From contig JBFMAK010000001.1 in NCBI GenBank assembly GCA_040755695.1, forward strand, positions 384,637 through 448,636: a stretch of 64,000 nt of DNA, given 5' to 3'. Under the pieces are notes generated by a model, which had not been told where the DNA came from, did not search any database, and was given only the letters and a program-made list of their open reading frames with translations. The position numbers and the translations under genes were made by a program. Positions 55,581-64,000 of the stretch are shown here, piece by piece. The stretch is from Candidatus Iainarchaeum sp. Lineage in GTDB: Archaea > Iainarchaeota > Iainarchaeia > Iainarchaeales > 1-14-0-10-31-34. Positions within the stretch are counted from its first letter, which is position 1. The number at the start of each line of letters is the position of its first letter.

Positions 55581-57971
55581 TTAAGAAAATTCCACTCTGA
55601 ATTCTTTTCCTTTCCTTATTTCTTTGGCGTTGCAGACTGCTTTGATGTCTTCCAGCGCAGGCTTTAATTCTTCAAGGAGTTTTTCCTCCACTGAAAGGAT
55701 TACTTCTGCCTTCATTGACTTCTGGTTTCTGGCTTTCTCCTGCCTTACCTTTCCTATGAGTTCAACTGCTTTCTCTCCTAAAGAAAAATTTTTTTCATCC
55801 AAAAATTCTTTTCTGAATTCAGGGAAAGAAGATAAGTGAATGCTTTTTTTGCCCTCTTTTTTCGCGTAATACATTTGGTAGATTTCCTCTGAAATGAAAG
55901 GCATGAAAGGCGCAAAGCATTTCAGGACTGAAAGAAGGGCTTCATTCAAGGCATACTGCGCTGAAATCTTTCCTTCCTTCCCTTTTTTCCCTGAATTGTA
56001 AAGCCTGTCCTTTATTATTTCAAGGTAATAGTCGCAAAAGGAATGCCAGAAGAAGTTCTCAAGGATTGCCTTTGCTTTGCCGTATTCATAGGCATCAAAG
56101 TGTTCTGTGATTTCTTTCACAACCAAATTGAGGTTATGTATAAGCCATGCATCTATTGCCTCAAGCTTTTTTGGCTTTTCTCCCTTGTAATCTGAAAGAT
56201 TCTGCAAGGAGAATTTTGAGGCATTCCATAGTTTTGTCACAAACTTTTGGCCTGTTGCAACATCCTTTTCCATGAATGGAGCGTCCTGGCCTAAATTGAT
56301 GGATGAAGCCCAGAACCTTAATGCGTCAGCAGAATATTTTTCAATTATCTCTGTTGGTGTAATGGCATTGCCTTTGCTTTTGCTCATCTTTTTTCCTTTT
56401 GGGTCTAGGCACCAGCCCGAAATCATTATGTCTTTCCAAGGCACTTTTCCTGTGTGCAATAAGCTTTTCACTATTGTATTGAACGCCCAGAAGGTAATGA
56501 TGTCGTGTGCCTGAGGCCTTAAGGTATTAGGAAACAGTTTCTTGAACTTCTTCTCGTCTCTCTGCCATTCCGAAATAATTAATGGAGTAAGGGAGGATGT
56601 AGCCCATGTGTCCAGGACATCTTTTTCTGGTTCGAATTTTGTGCCATTGCATTTAGGGCAGGGCTTTTTAGGCTTATCAATAAGAGGGTCTACTGGAAGG
56701 CTTTTTTTGTCTGCCAGAATTATTTCATTGCATTTCTTGCAGTACCATACTGGGAAGGGCACTCCATAGTATCTCTGCCTTGAAATGCACCAGTCCCACT
56801 GCAGGCCTTTAATCCAGTTGTCATACCTGTGCTTCATGTGCTCTGGAAACCATCTTATTTTCTTTCCTGCTTCAAGGAATTCCTGCTTCAAATCCAAGTA
56901 TTTTATGAACCACTGCTTTGACACAAGGAATTCTATTTCTGTTCCGCACCTGTCGTGGACATTAACTGTGTGGCTTATGCTTTTCTGTTCTTTTAGCAGG
57001 CCTTCTTTTTTTAATTCCTGGAGTATTGCTTCTCTTGCTTCGTTTAATTTCTTTCCTGCAAATCTTCCTGCTTTTTCGTTCAGTTTTCCGTCAGGGTTAA
57101 TTACAATTTTTAATGGGAGGCCGTACGCCTTCCACCATTCAATGTCCACTGTGTCCCCGAAAGTGCAGCACATAACAATCCCTGAGCCTTTCTTCGGGTC
57201 TACCCTTTGGTCTGCAATAATTGGAACTAAGTAATTGAATAATGGCACCAAAGCTTTTTTTCCAATAAGTTTCTTTGTTTTCGGCTCATCAGGGTGCACT
57301 AATACTGCAACGCATGCTGAAAGAAGTTCAGGCCTTGTGGTTGAAATAATTATTTTTTCTTTTGTTCCTTCAATTCCAAACAAAACATCATTGAATTTAG
57401 AGCTTAATTCCTTGTCCTCCAATTCCACTTGGGATATTGCTGTCCTGCACTCAGGGCACCATAAGGTTACTGCCTCCTTCCTGTATTCTCTTCCTTTCTC
57501 GTACAATTCAATGAATGAATGCTGGCTCAGCCTCTGCACTTCAGGGCTTATTGTGGAATAGAACTGGCTCCAGTCGCATGAAATCCCAATTGAATTCCAC
57601 GTCTTCCTGAATTCTTTTTCTGCTTTTGCTGTTTCCTCCAAGCATAATTTCACGAAATCTTTTCTGGGCATTTCTGTTGCCTTTATCTTCCTTTCCCTTT
57701 CAACGAATTTTTCTGTTGGAAGGCCGTTATCATCAAATCCGAACGGATAGAATACATTGAAGCCTTTCATTCTCTTGTATCTTGCAATGAATTCGGCTTG
57801 CGCGTAAGAGAAGGCATGGCCTACATGAATCAATCCTGATACAGTAGGAGGGGGGGTGTCAATTACATATAATGGCTTTTCTGAATTCAAGTCAAACTTG
57901 AAGATTTGCTCTTTCTCCCAGTATTGAGCCCACTTCTTTTCTGATTCCTTGGGATTATAATTCGCTTGCAT
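55581..57971 (-). CDS. valS: class I aminoacyl-tRNA synthetase, most likely valyl-tRNA synthetase
   Basis: PPPTVSGLIHVGHA (tri-proline HIGH region typical of ValRS) and KMSKSKGN. GFDDNGLPTE. About 796 aa. LeuRS is not fully excluded. Confidence 0.6.
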   Translation of the reverse strand: MQANYNPKESEKKWAQYWEKEQIFKFDLNSEKPLYVIDTPPPTVSGLIHVGHAFSYAQAEFIARYKRMKGFNVFYPFGFDDNGLPTEKFVERERKIKATEMPRKDFVKLCLEETAKAEKEFRKTWNSIGISCDWSQFYSTISPEVQRLSQHSFIELYEKGREYRKEAVTLWCPECRTAISQVELEDKELSSKFNDVLFGIEGTKEKIIISTTRPELLSACVAVLVHPDEPKTKKLIGKKALVPLFNYLVPIIADQRVDPKKGSGIVMCCTFGDTVDIEWWKAYGLPLKIVINPDGKLNEKAGRFAGKKLNEAREAILQELKKEGLLKEQKSISHTVNVHDRCGTEIEFLVSKQWFIKYLDLKQEFLEAGKKIRWFPEHMKHRYDNWIKGLQWDWCISRQRYYGVPFPVWYCKKCNEIILADKKSLPVDPLIDKPKKPCPKCNGTKFEPEKDVLDTWATSSLTPLIISEWQRDEKKFKKLFPNTLRPQAHDIITFWAFNTIVKSLLHTGKVPWKDIMISGWCLDPKGKKMSKSKGNAITPTEIIEKYSADALRFWASSINLGQDAPFMEKDVATGQKFVTKLWNASKFSLQNLSDYKGEKPKKLEAIDAWLIHNLNLVVKEITEHFDAYEYGKAKAILENFFWHSFCDYYLEIIKDRLYNSGKKGKEGKISAQYALNEALLSVLKCFAPFMPFISEEIYQMYYAKKEGKKSIHLSSFPEFRKEFLDEKNFSLGEKAVELIGKVRQEKARNQKSMKAEVILSVEEKLLEELKPALEDIKAVCNAKEIRKGKEFRVEFS

Positions 57972-58107
57972 GCCCATAAGCATTTTTTTCCTTTAATTAA
58001 TTAACTGATTAATTAATCTTCCTTGAGAAGCTTTTTTTTATTATGCTTTTTTCCTGCCTTTTTACAGCAGGTATTAAAATAAATTTGAGTTAATTTCTTT
58101 TATAGTT

Positions 58108-59873
58108 ATGAAAAAGAAATTTTTTATTGCATTGATTTTATTGTGCTTTCTCTTCTCTTCTGCCCTTGTTTCAGCCAAATCCTATTACCTTCCCAAGACT
58201 GAAGTGTACATGAAGATTAATCCTGATGCATTGATTAACGTTGAAGAAAAGATTAGCTTTAATTTTTTGGGTGACTTCTCTTTCGCTTACAGGGACATAC
58301 CAAAAGGGCAGGGCAGTTGAGCAATATCCAGGTGCTTGAAGGCTCTCAGCCACTAAAATTTGAGTTAATTGACTTTGGCAGCAACACAAGAATTAAATGG
58401 TATTACACTGCTTCAGACGAGCAAAAGATTTTCACTTTAAAATACAATTTAAGCAAGGCTGTTACAGCTTACTCTGATGTAGCTGAATTGAACTGGAAGG
58501 TGTGGGGCGATAACTGGGCTGTCCCATTGAATGAATTGTACGGCTGGATTGAGCTTCCTTCCGATGTAAATAATCCAAAGGATGTTTACACCTGGGGGCA
58601 TCCTGCAGTGAACGGGAGGATTGGCTTGATTGAAGGAAACAAGATCCTGTTCCAGACATTCAATGTTCCTGCAAACCAGTGGGTTGAAATCAGGGTTGCA
58701 TTTCCCGTTTCCCTGCTTTCCTCCACAGAGAACGCAATTGCCCGCAATAGAGCCGGACTGCAGGGGATAATTGAAGAGGAGAAGAATTATCAGGCTGCTT
58801 CAAAATTAAATTTGATTCCTAAAGACTTTGAATTGCTTTTAGTGCTTTTCTTGTCGATTCAAATGGCCTTTTTCGGTTTTGTCTGGCATTACTTCGGCAG
58901 GGAACCAAAAATTGAATATGAAGCATATTATGAAAGGGAAGTGCCTTACGATTACAGCCCTGCAGTAGTAAGCGTTTTAATGCACCCATTAACAAAGACG
59001 CCTCAATTGAACCAGATAGTTGGGGAGATATTAAATTTATGCTTGAAAGGGAAATTAAGGCTTGAACAAATAAAAAAGTCAGGTTTCCTTGATAAGGGAG
59101 AATACAAAATTCATATAATTAATTCTTCAGCAGAAAACCTGCCTGAAAGCGAAAGGCTTCTCCTCAATTTGATTTTAGATGCAGCAAAAGGAAGATTTGA
59201 AGGATTAATCCTAAAAAAATTCAAGGAAGACAAAACGCCAAAGGAATTGCTTTTATCAGAGCTTGAAAGCTATTTAAGGAACAAGCCTTCCAGAGCCCAA
59301 TCTTTTGCAGAAGACTGGAAGAAAAGCGTAAAAGAAGAAGCTGAAAAACTTGGTTTCTTTTCAAAAAAGAACGGAATAATTCATTACATTGCTGGCTCAA
59401 TAATTATATTAATAATTTCCTTTATTGTTTCTCCTGTAATAACAATTGCAGTATTAATTGGTGCAGTGCTTCTCCAGTTAATTTTTCCTGAATCTCTCCC
59501 CAACAGGACAAAAGAAGGTGCATTGCATTACGCTAAATGGATGAACTTGAAGAAGTTCTTGGAGGACTTCAGCAAACTCAAAGAAATGCCTCCGACTGCG
59601 CTGCCTTTATGGGAGAAGTATTTGGTTTACTCAATTCCTTTAGGGGTGGCAAAAAAGGTGCAGGACGCAATGGATTACGTGTTCAAGGATTACAGAGGCG
59701 CATATAATTCCTCAATCTTTGTTGGTTCATATACGGCCTTCTCTGTCTCAGGCTTTGGCTCTGCTGTTTCAGGCTTCTCTTCTGCTTTTGCTTCTGCTGC
59801 AACCGCTGGGAGCGGAGGCTTTGGCGGCGGAGGCGGCGGAGGAGGGGGAGGCGGCGGAGGCGGAGCAGGCTGA
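58108..59873 (+). pseudogene. DUF2207-family membrane protein split by a -1 frameshift near 58300..58320
   Basis: The 58108..58320 ORF has a signal peptide plus the start of the N-domain (...YRDIPKGQGS*). The 58317..59873 ORF (TTG start artefact) continues in the -1 frame with the typical C-terminal TM helices and GGFGGGGGGGGGGGGGG tail. The junction lies in the direct repeat gggcagggcag. Confidence 0.5.
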
Positions 59874-59923
59874 AGCTTAAAATACTTTACTGCACTTTAA
59901 AATTATTGTCAAGGTGAAAGATT

Positions 59924-60193
59924 GTGAGAAAACTTGCTTTTGGTGGAGGGCACAGAGAAGGGAAAAGAGGCGGAGTGAAAAGAAGAAGGCCAAGGCGTTC
60001 AAGCAATGGTTTTTATATTCCTGAATTGCCACACCAATCAGTCCAAATTGGAAAATATAAATATGGAATTACTCATATCGGAAGACGACTTACAGTAATG
60101 CGCTATTATAAAGGCGGAAAAGAAACAGTTCATGATAAAGAGCTTATCAAAAAAGTGTTAATTGCTCTAAAAATATTAAAGAAAAGAAAATGA
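59924..60193 (+). CDS. small basic protein, paralog 1 of a tandem family
   Basis: GTG start preceded by AAGGTGAAAG. FGGGHREGKRGG N-terminus and KKVLIALKILKKRK C-terminus. Confidence 0.4.
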   Translation: MRKLAFGGGHREGKRGGVKRRRPRRSSNGFYIPELPHQSVQIGKYKYGITHIGRRLTVMRYYKGGKETVHDKELIKKVLIALKILKKRK

Positions 60194-60205
60194 ATTAATT
60201 TTTAG

Positions 60206-60508
60206 GTGAAAAAAATGCATAGGGGTATTTCGTTTGGAGGAACCCGTCACACAATAACAAGAAGAGGCAAGCGAACAGTAGCATTTAAGAGAGGGGAATT
60301 TTCTATTTCGCCTTCAAAGTCTATATCAAATACTATTACATTAGCCGATAAAAAATATTATGTTTTAGATTTTAAGGGACGGCCGCCAATAGTAATGTGC
60401 CGTAATGGAGTAAAAAAAGAAAAGGTAAATGACCCTAAACTCAAAAAGAAAATAATTCATTTATTAAAAGAAAAAAGACTAAAGAGAAGACTAAGCAAAA
60501 ATAGGTGA
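60206..60508 (+). CDS. small basic protein, paralog 2
   Basis: AGGTGAAAAAA-ATG. FGGTRHTITRRGKR N-terminus. ...VMCRNGVKKEKVNDPKLKKKIIHLLKEKRLKRR parallels paralog 1. Confidence 0.4.
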   Translation: MKKMHRGISFGGTRHTITRRGKRTVAFKRGEFSISPSKSISNTITLADKKYYVLDFKGRPPIVMCRNGVKKEKVNDPKLKKKIIHLLKEKRLKRRLSKNR

Positions 60509-60711
60509 AAAAAATGTGTGCCACTCATAAAGGAAAGACGGTGTCCTTAAGAGGAAAGCACGGGATAAAAGGAAGAAATAATAAAATTGCAAGGCTTCCC
60601 TTAGGTTTAAGAGGAAAAGGTACGCTCCCAAAAAATGTTTTTGCTATATGCGAACTAAAATGCTGGAGGAGCGGCTTGGGCAAGGGGCAGCACAGAAACA
60701 TAATGTACTGA
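60505..60711 (+). CDS. small basic protein, paralog 3 (shorter)
   Basis: AGGTGAAAAAA-ATG again. Starts MKKM like paralog 2. Rich in K/R/G. Confidence 0.35.
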   Translation: MKKMCATHKGKTVSLRGKHGIKGRNNKIARLPLGLRGKGTLPKNVFAICELKCWRSGLGKGQHRNIMY

Positions 60712-60819
60712 AACAAAGAAAAAAAGAGGGCGGAAACCTTAAGAAGCCCAATCCTGATTAAAATGTTCAAAGAAGCAGAACAAAAAAGAAAAGAAGAAAA
60801 GAAAGAGAGGAGAAAATAA

Positions 60820-63681
60820 TTATTTCTTTAACTCAAAAAAGAATTCTTTTTCCAGTATTTTGTTCATTGCGCCTTTTCCTTGGGTGATTTTTGTGTTGGT
60901 TTCTGCTTCGATTTCTTTCTTGTGCTTTTTAATGAATTTCTTGTCATTGCAGTTAAACTTCATTTCAATTAATTCGTTTGGATTGAATTTCAGCTCTTTT
61001 CTCTTGTCTTGGATTCTTCTAACAAGTTCAGCTAGCTCCCATTCTTCTTTGAGCTCTTTATCTGCTTCAAGGTTTAAATGCAATGAAATTTTTTCGTTGA
61101 ATTCCTTGCTCGCATAATTTCCTTTTGGTTTCTGTTTTGAAATAACTGCTTTCTTTACATTCACTGAGCTTGCAAGAATGCCTAATGTTTCTTTTAATGC
61201 TTCTTCCTTTGATTCTATAATCAATTCCTTTAAAGGCCACCTAAGCCTTAGCTTCTGCTCTTCCCTCATTGCAAGAACGCTTTGGGCCAATTCTTTTGTT
61301 AATTCAAATTCTTTTTCTAATTCTTTGTTGATTAATTCTTCTTTTACTTCAGGGAATTCAAATAAATGAATGGATTCAGGCAATCCCTTTTCTTTCAGGT
61401 TCTGGTACAAGTATTCTGTAATGTGGGGGGTAATTGGCGCCAAGACTTTAAGGAAGTTCACCATGACATAATTCATTGTGTTGCTGACTGCCTTCTCTTT
61501 TGCTCTGTCCCTTATCAGTTTGATGTAAGTCCTGCTGAAGTCTTCAACCAAAAACTCGTTAATTAATGCTGCTGCCTTGGTGTAATAATACTTGTTGAAT
61601 GCTTCTATTGCTTCTCTTGCAGTTGAATTGAATTTTGATACAATCCATTTGTCTTCTGTCCTCAATTCCTTTAATTCAATTTTATTTGAATTCAGGGCAT
61701 CAGTTTTCAAGTAAAGTTTAATGAAATTAAAGGAATTCCATAATGTGTTGAAGAACCTGTTGATGTCGTTGAATGAATTCCAGTCAAAGGCAATGTCTTC
61801 GCCTTTTGAAACAGAACAAAAGTAGAACCTCATGTAGTCCCTGTTATACTTTTCAATTACTTCTTTTGGCTGGATGGTATTGCCTGTGCTCTTGCTCATC
61901 TTCTTTTTCTCTAATCCTAAAACCATTCCGTGAACCGCAATTGCCTTGAATGGAACTTTATCAAAGCATATTGTGGAGGTAATTATCTGTGAATTCCACC
62001 ATCCCCTCACCTGCTCTGTTGCCTCAATGTTCAAGTCAGCAGGCCAAAATCTTTCAAACAAGTCTTTTCTTTTAGGGTAATTTAATGCGCCCCAGCTTGA
62101 GACGCCTGCATCAAACCAGACATCCATTACTTCAGGCACCCTCTTCATTTTGCCTTTCCTGCACTTAGGGCAATCAAACACAATTTCATCTATTTCAGGC
62201 TTATGCAAATCCAAGCCCTTCTTTAATTTTGCATATCTTCCAAGCTCTTCCACTGAACCAAAAACAATTCTTTCACTGCATTTATCGCAGACCCAGATAG
62301 GCAATGGAGTGCCCCAATATCTTGCCCTGCTTATAGGCCAGTCCCCTATTCCTTCAAGCCAGTTCTTCATCCTGTCCTTCATCCAGAAAGGAACCCAATT
62401 CACTTTCTCGTTCAATTCAATAAGCCTTGCCTGAATTCCTGAAATCCTGAAAAACCATTGAGGCACAGAAATCATAAGCAATGGGGTCTTGCATCTCCAG
62501 CACAAAGGATAATCGTGGGTGAAAGGATGCCTGAAAACAAGGGCATTCATTTTCTCTAAGTCCTCAATTATCTCTTTGTCTACAATCCTTGCCTTCTTTC
62601 CTGCATACTTTCCTGTTTCCTCTGTAAGCTCTCCATTCAATCTCACTGGCGATATTGCAGGAAGCCCTTTTTCTTTTCCCACTTCAAAGTCTTCCCTTCC
62701 ATGGCCTGGAGCGCAGTGCACTAAGCCAGTGCCTGACTCTAAGTCAACATATCTCTCTGAAAGCACAATCCTGTAAGCATTCTTTAATTTCCCTAACTTC
62801 AAATTCTTTTCCAATGGATTGAAATACTCCATTCCCTCAAGCTCTTTTCCTTTGAATTCTTTTATCACCCTGTAACCGTAGCCTATTGTTTCCATTATTT
62901 TGGGCATTAATTCTTTTGCTAGAACCCATTTCTCTCCATTGCTTAATTCAACCTCACTGTACTCGAATTCAGGGTGAACCATTATTCCTGTATTCCCTGG
63001 GAGCGTCCAAGGAGTAGTAGTCCAAATAATGAAAAACAAATTCTTTTCTTTTCTTGCAGGAAACTTCACGTAAATGCTTTCATCTGAAAGTTTGGTGTAC
63101 TCAATTTCATTATAGCTTACTGCTGTCTCGCAGCGAGGGCATACATGAACAGAATACTTATCCAAGTAAAGAAGACCTTTCTCTTCTGCTTTCTTGAAAG
63201 TCCACCATATTGCCTCAATGTAATCATTTGAAAGCGTAATGTAAGGCTGCTTCCAGTCCATCCATACCCCCAAGTCTTCAAACTCCCTGTTCTGCGCGTC
63301 AATAAACCTTGTGGCGTAATCCCTGCATTTTTCAATGAACTTCTTTATTCCATAAACTTCAATGTCTTTCTTGTTTTTTACTCCAATCTCTTTTTCCACC
63401 TGGAATTCAATTGGAGTTCCGTGCGTGTCATAGCCTGGCCTGTCAAAGACATTAAAGCCCTGCATCCTCTTTACCCTGATTGAAACATCCTTTAAAATTT
63501 TGTTCAATGCAGTTCCCATGTGGATGTGTCCAGTAGCATAAGGGGGCCCGTCCATGAAATAATAATTCTTGGAGGAAGAAGCATTCTTCGCCCTAACCTT
63601 TTCAGGCACTCTCTGCTTCTTCCAGAGCTCTTTTACTTCCTCTTCTTTCTTCAAAGAATAAGGCTCAATCATTCCGCTCAT
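60820..63681 (-). CDS. ileS: isoleucyl-tRNA synthetase
   Basis: PPYATGHIHMGTALNKILKD and GYDTHGTPIE match the IleRS HIGH region. KMSKSTGN. Zn-binding CPRCE...CDKC/CPKC. 953 aa. Confidence 0.8.
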   Translation of the reverse strand: MSGMIEPYSLKKEEEVKELWKKQRVPEKVRAKNASSSKNYYFMDGPPYATGHIHMGTALNKILKDVSIRVKRMQGFNVFDRPGYDTHGTPIEFQVEKEIGVKNKKDIEVYGIKKFIEKCRDYATRFIDAQNREFEDLGVWMDWKQPYITLSNDYIEAIWWTFKKAEEKGLLYLDKYSVHVCPRCETAVSYNEIEYTKLSDESIYVKFPARKEKNLFFIIWTTTPWTLPGNTGIMVHPEFEYSEVELSNGEKWVLAKELMPKIMETIGYGYRVIKEFKGKELEGMEYFNPLEKNLKLGKLKNAYRIVLSERYVDLESGTGLVHCAPGHGREDFEVGKEKGLPAISPVRLNGELTEETGKYAGKKARIVDKEIIEDLEKMNALVFRHPFTHDYPLCWRCKTPLLMISVPQWFFRISGIQARLIELNEKVNWVPFWMKDRMKNWLEGIGDWPISRARYWGTPLPIWVCDKCSERIVFGSVEELGRYAKLKKGLDLHKPEIDEIVFDCPKCRKGKMKRVPEVMDVWFDAGVSSWGALNYPKRKDLFERFWPADLNIEATEQVRGWWNSQIITSTICFDKVPFKAIAVHGMVLGLEKKKMSKSTGNTIQPKEVIEKYNRDYMRFYFCSVSKGEDIAFDWNSFNDINRFFNTLWNSFNFIKLYLKTDALNSNKIELKELRTEDKWIVSKFNSTAREAIEAFNKYYYTKAAALINEFLVEDFSRTYIKLIRDRAKEKAVSNTMNYVMVNFLKVLAPITPHITEYLYQNLKEKGLPESIHLFEFPEVKEELINKELEKEFELTKELAQSVLAMREEQKLRLRWPLKELIIESKEEALKETLGILASSVNVKKAVISKQKPKGNYASKEFNEKISLHLNLEADKELKEEWELAELVRRIQDKRKELKFNPNELIEMKFNCNDKKFIKKHKKEIEAETNTKITQGKGAMNKILEKEFFFELKK

Positions 63682-63693
63682 TTTGCCCGCACT

Positions 63694-63987
63694 TCACTTA
63701 ATGTATTTTTTTGAGTAATTTTCAGTGAAAATCTTTGCTGTATTGTCATCGAACACTTTTATTACCTCATAGCTTCCTTTTGTTTCACTTGAATTTGTAA
63801 CGAAATCCTTTACTTTTATTACGCCTGCAATATTCCAGTCCCTGTCAGCCAAAAGCATTGGAACGTCTATTGGGTAAATTCTGCTCCCGCTCTTCTGAAA
63901 CCTTAATGTCTTTCCTGCAACAAAATCCTTCCTGTCCAATTCATCCTTTAACTTCAACACGAAATTGAATTCAACCATTGCACCCAT
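63694..63987 (-). CDS. hypothetical small protein
   Basis: 97 aa, 12 nt upstream of ileS, so probably co-transcribed. Confidence 0.3.
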   Translation of the reverse strand: MGAMVEFNFVLKLKDELDRKDFVAGKTLRFQKSGSRIYPIDVPMLLADRDWNIAGVIKVKDFVTNSSETKGSYEVIKVFDDNTAKIFTENYSKKYIK

Positions 63988-64000
63988 TCAAATTACCTCC

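Overview
The window is a low-GC (about 33-35%) archaeal chromosomal segment, most likely from a DPANN-type archaeon (Woesearchaeota/Pacearchaeota-like). It is densely coding, with translation and information-processing genes (ProRS, ValRS, IleRS, GatD, AlaX, DNA ligase, FEN1, RNase HII, Alba, thermosome, aMBF1, TatD). These are interleaved with many small hypothetical, secreted or membrane proteins. There is no rRNA and no CRISPR array.

The most unusual locus is 9.1-10.3 kb. Three tRNA genes sit immediately upstream of archaeal-type proS: Pro-TGG, Ser-GGA and Pro-GGG. Each carries a very long intron (76-108 nt) at the canonical 37/38 site. Those introns and the spacers between the tRNAs are packed with an AT-palindrome plus ~30-nt mini-repeat element. 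A solo copy of the element lies 38 kb away.

Other notable features:
- A conserved ~28-nt hairpin motif (GGAGGTATCGGAACC-N3/4-GGTTCTGAT) recurs at three intergenic sites.
- Several genes are disrupted by small lesions. A 20-nt tandem duplication truncates a VapC/PIN toxin. An A10 homopolymer frameshift splits an AAA(DUF4143) ATPase. A -1 frameshift splits a DUF2207 membrane protein. A single in-frame TAA separates a dockerin protein from a PKD protein. A G5 frameshift affects a small ORF.
- There is a putative DUF4258/DUF2283 toxin-antitoxin pair, an archaeal dockerin-repeat protein, a tandem trio of paralogous small basic proteins, a soluble MgtE-N/CBS protein overlapping an NRAMP transporter, and a short class-III-signal-peptide pilin-like ORF missing from the ORF track.
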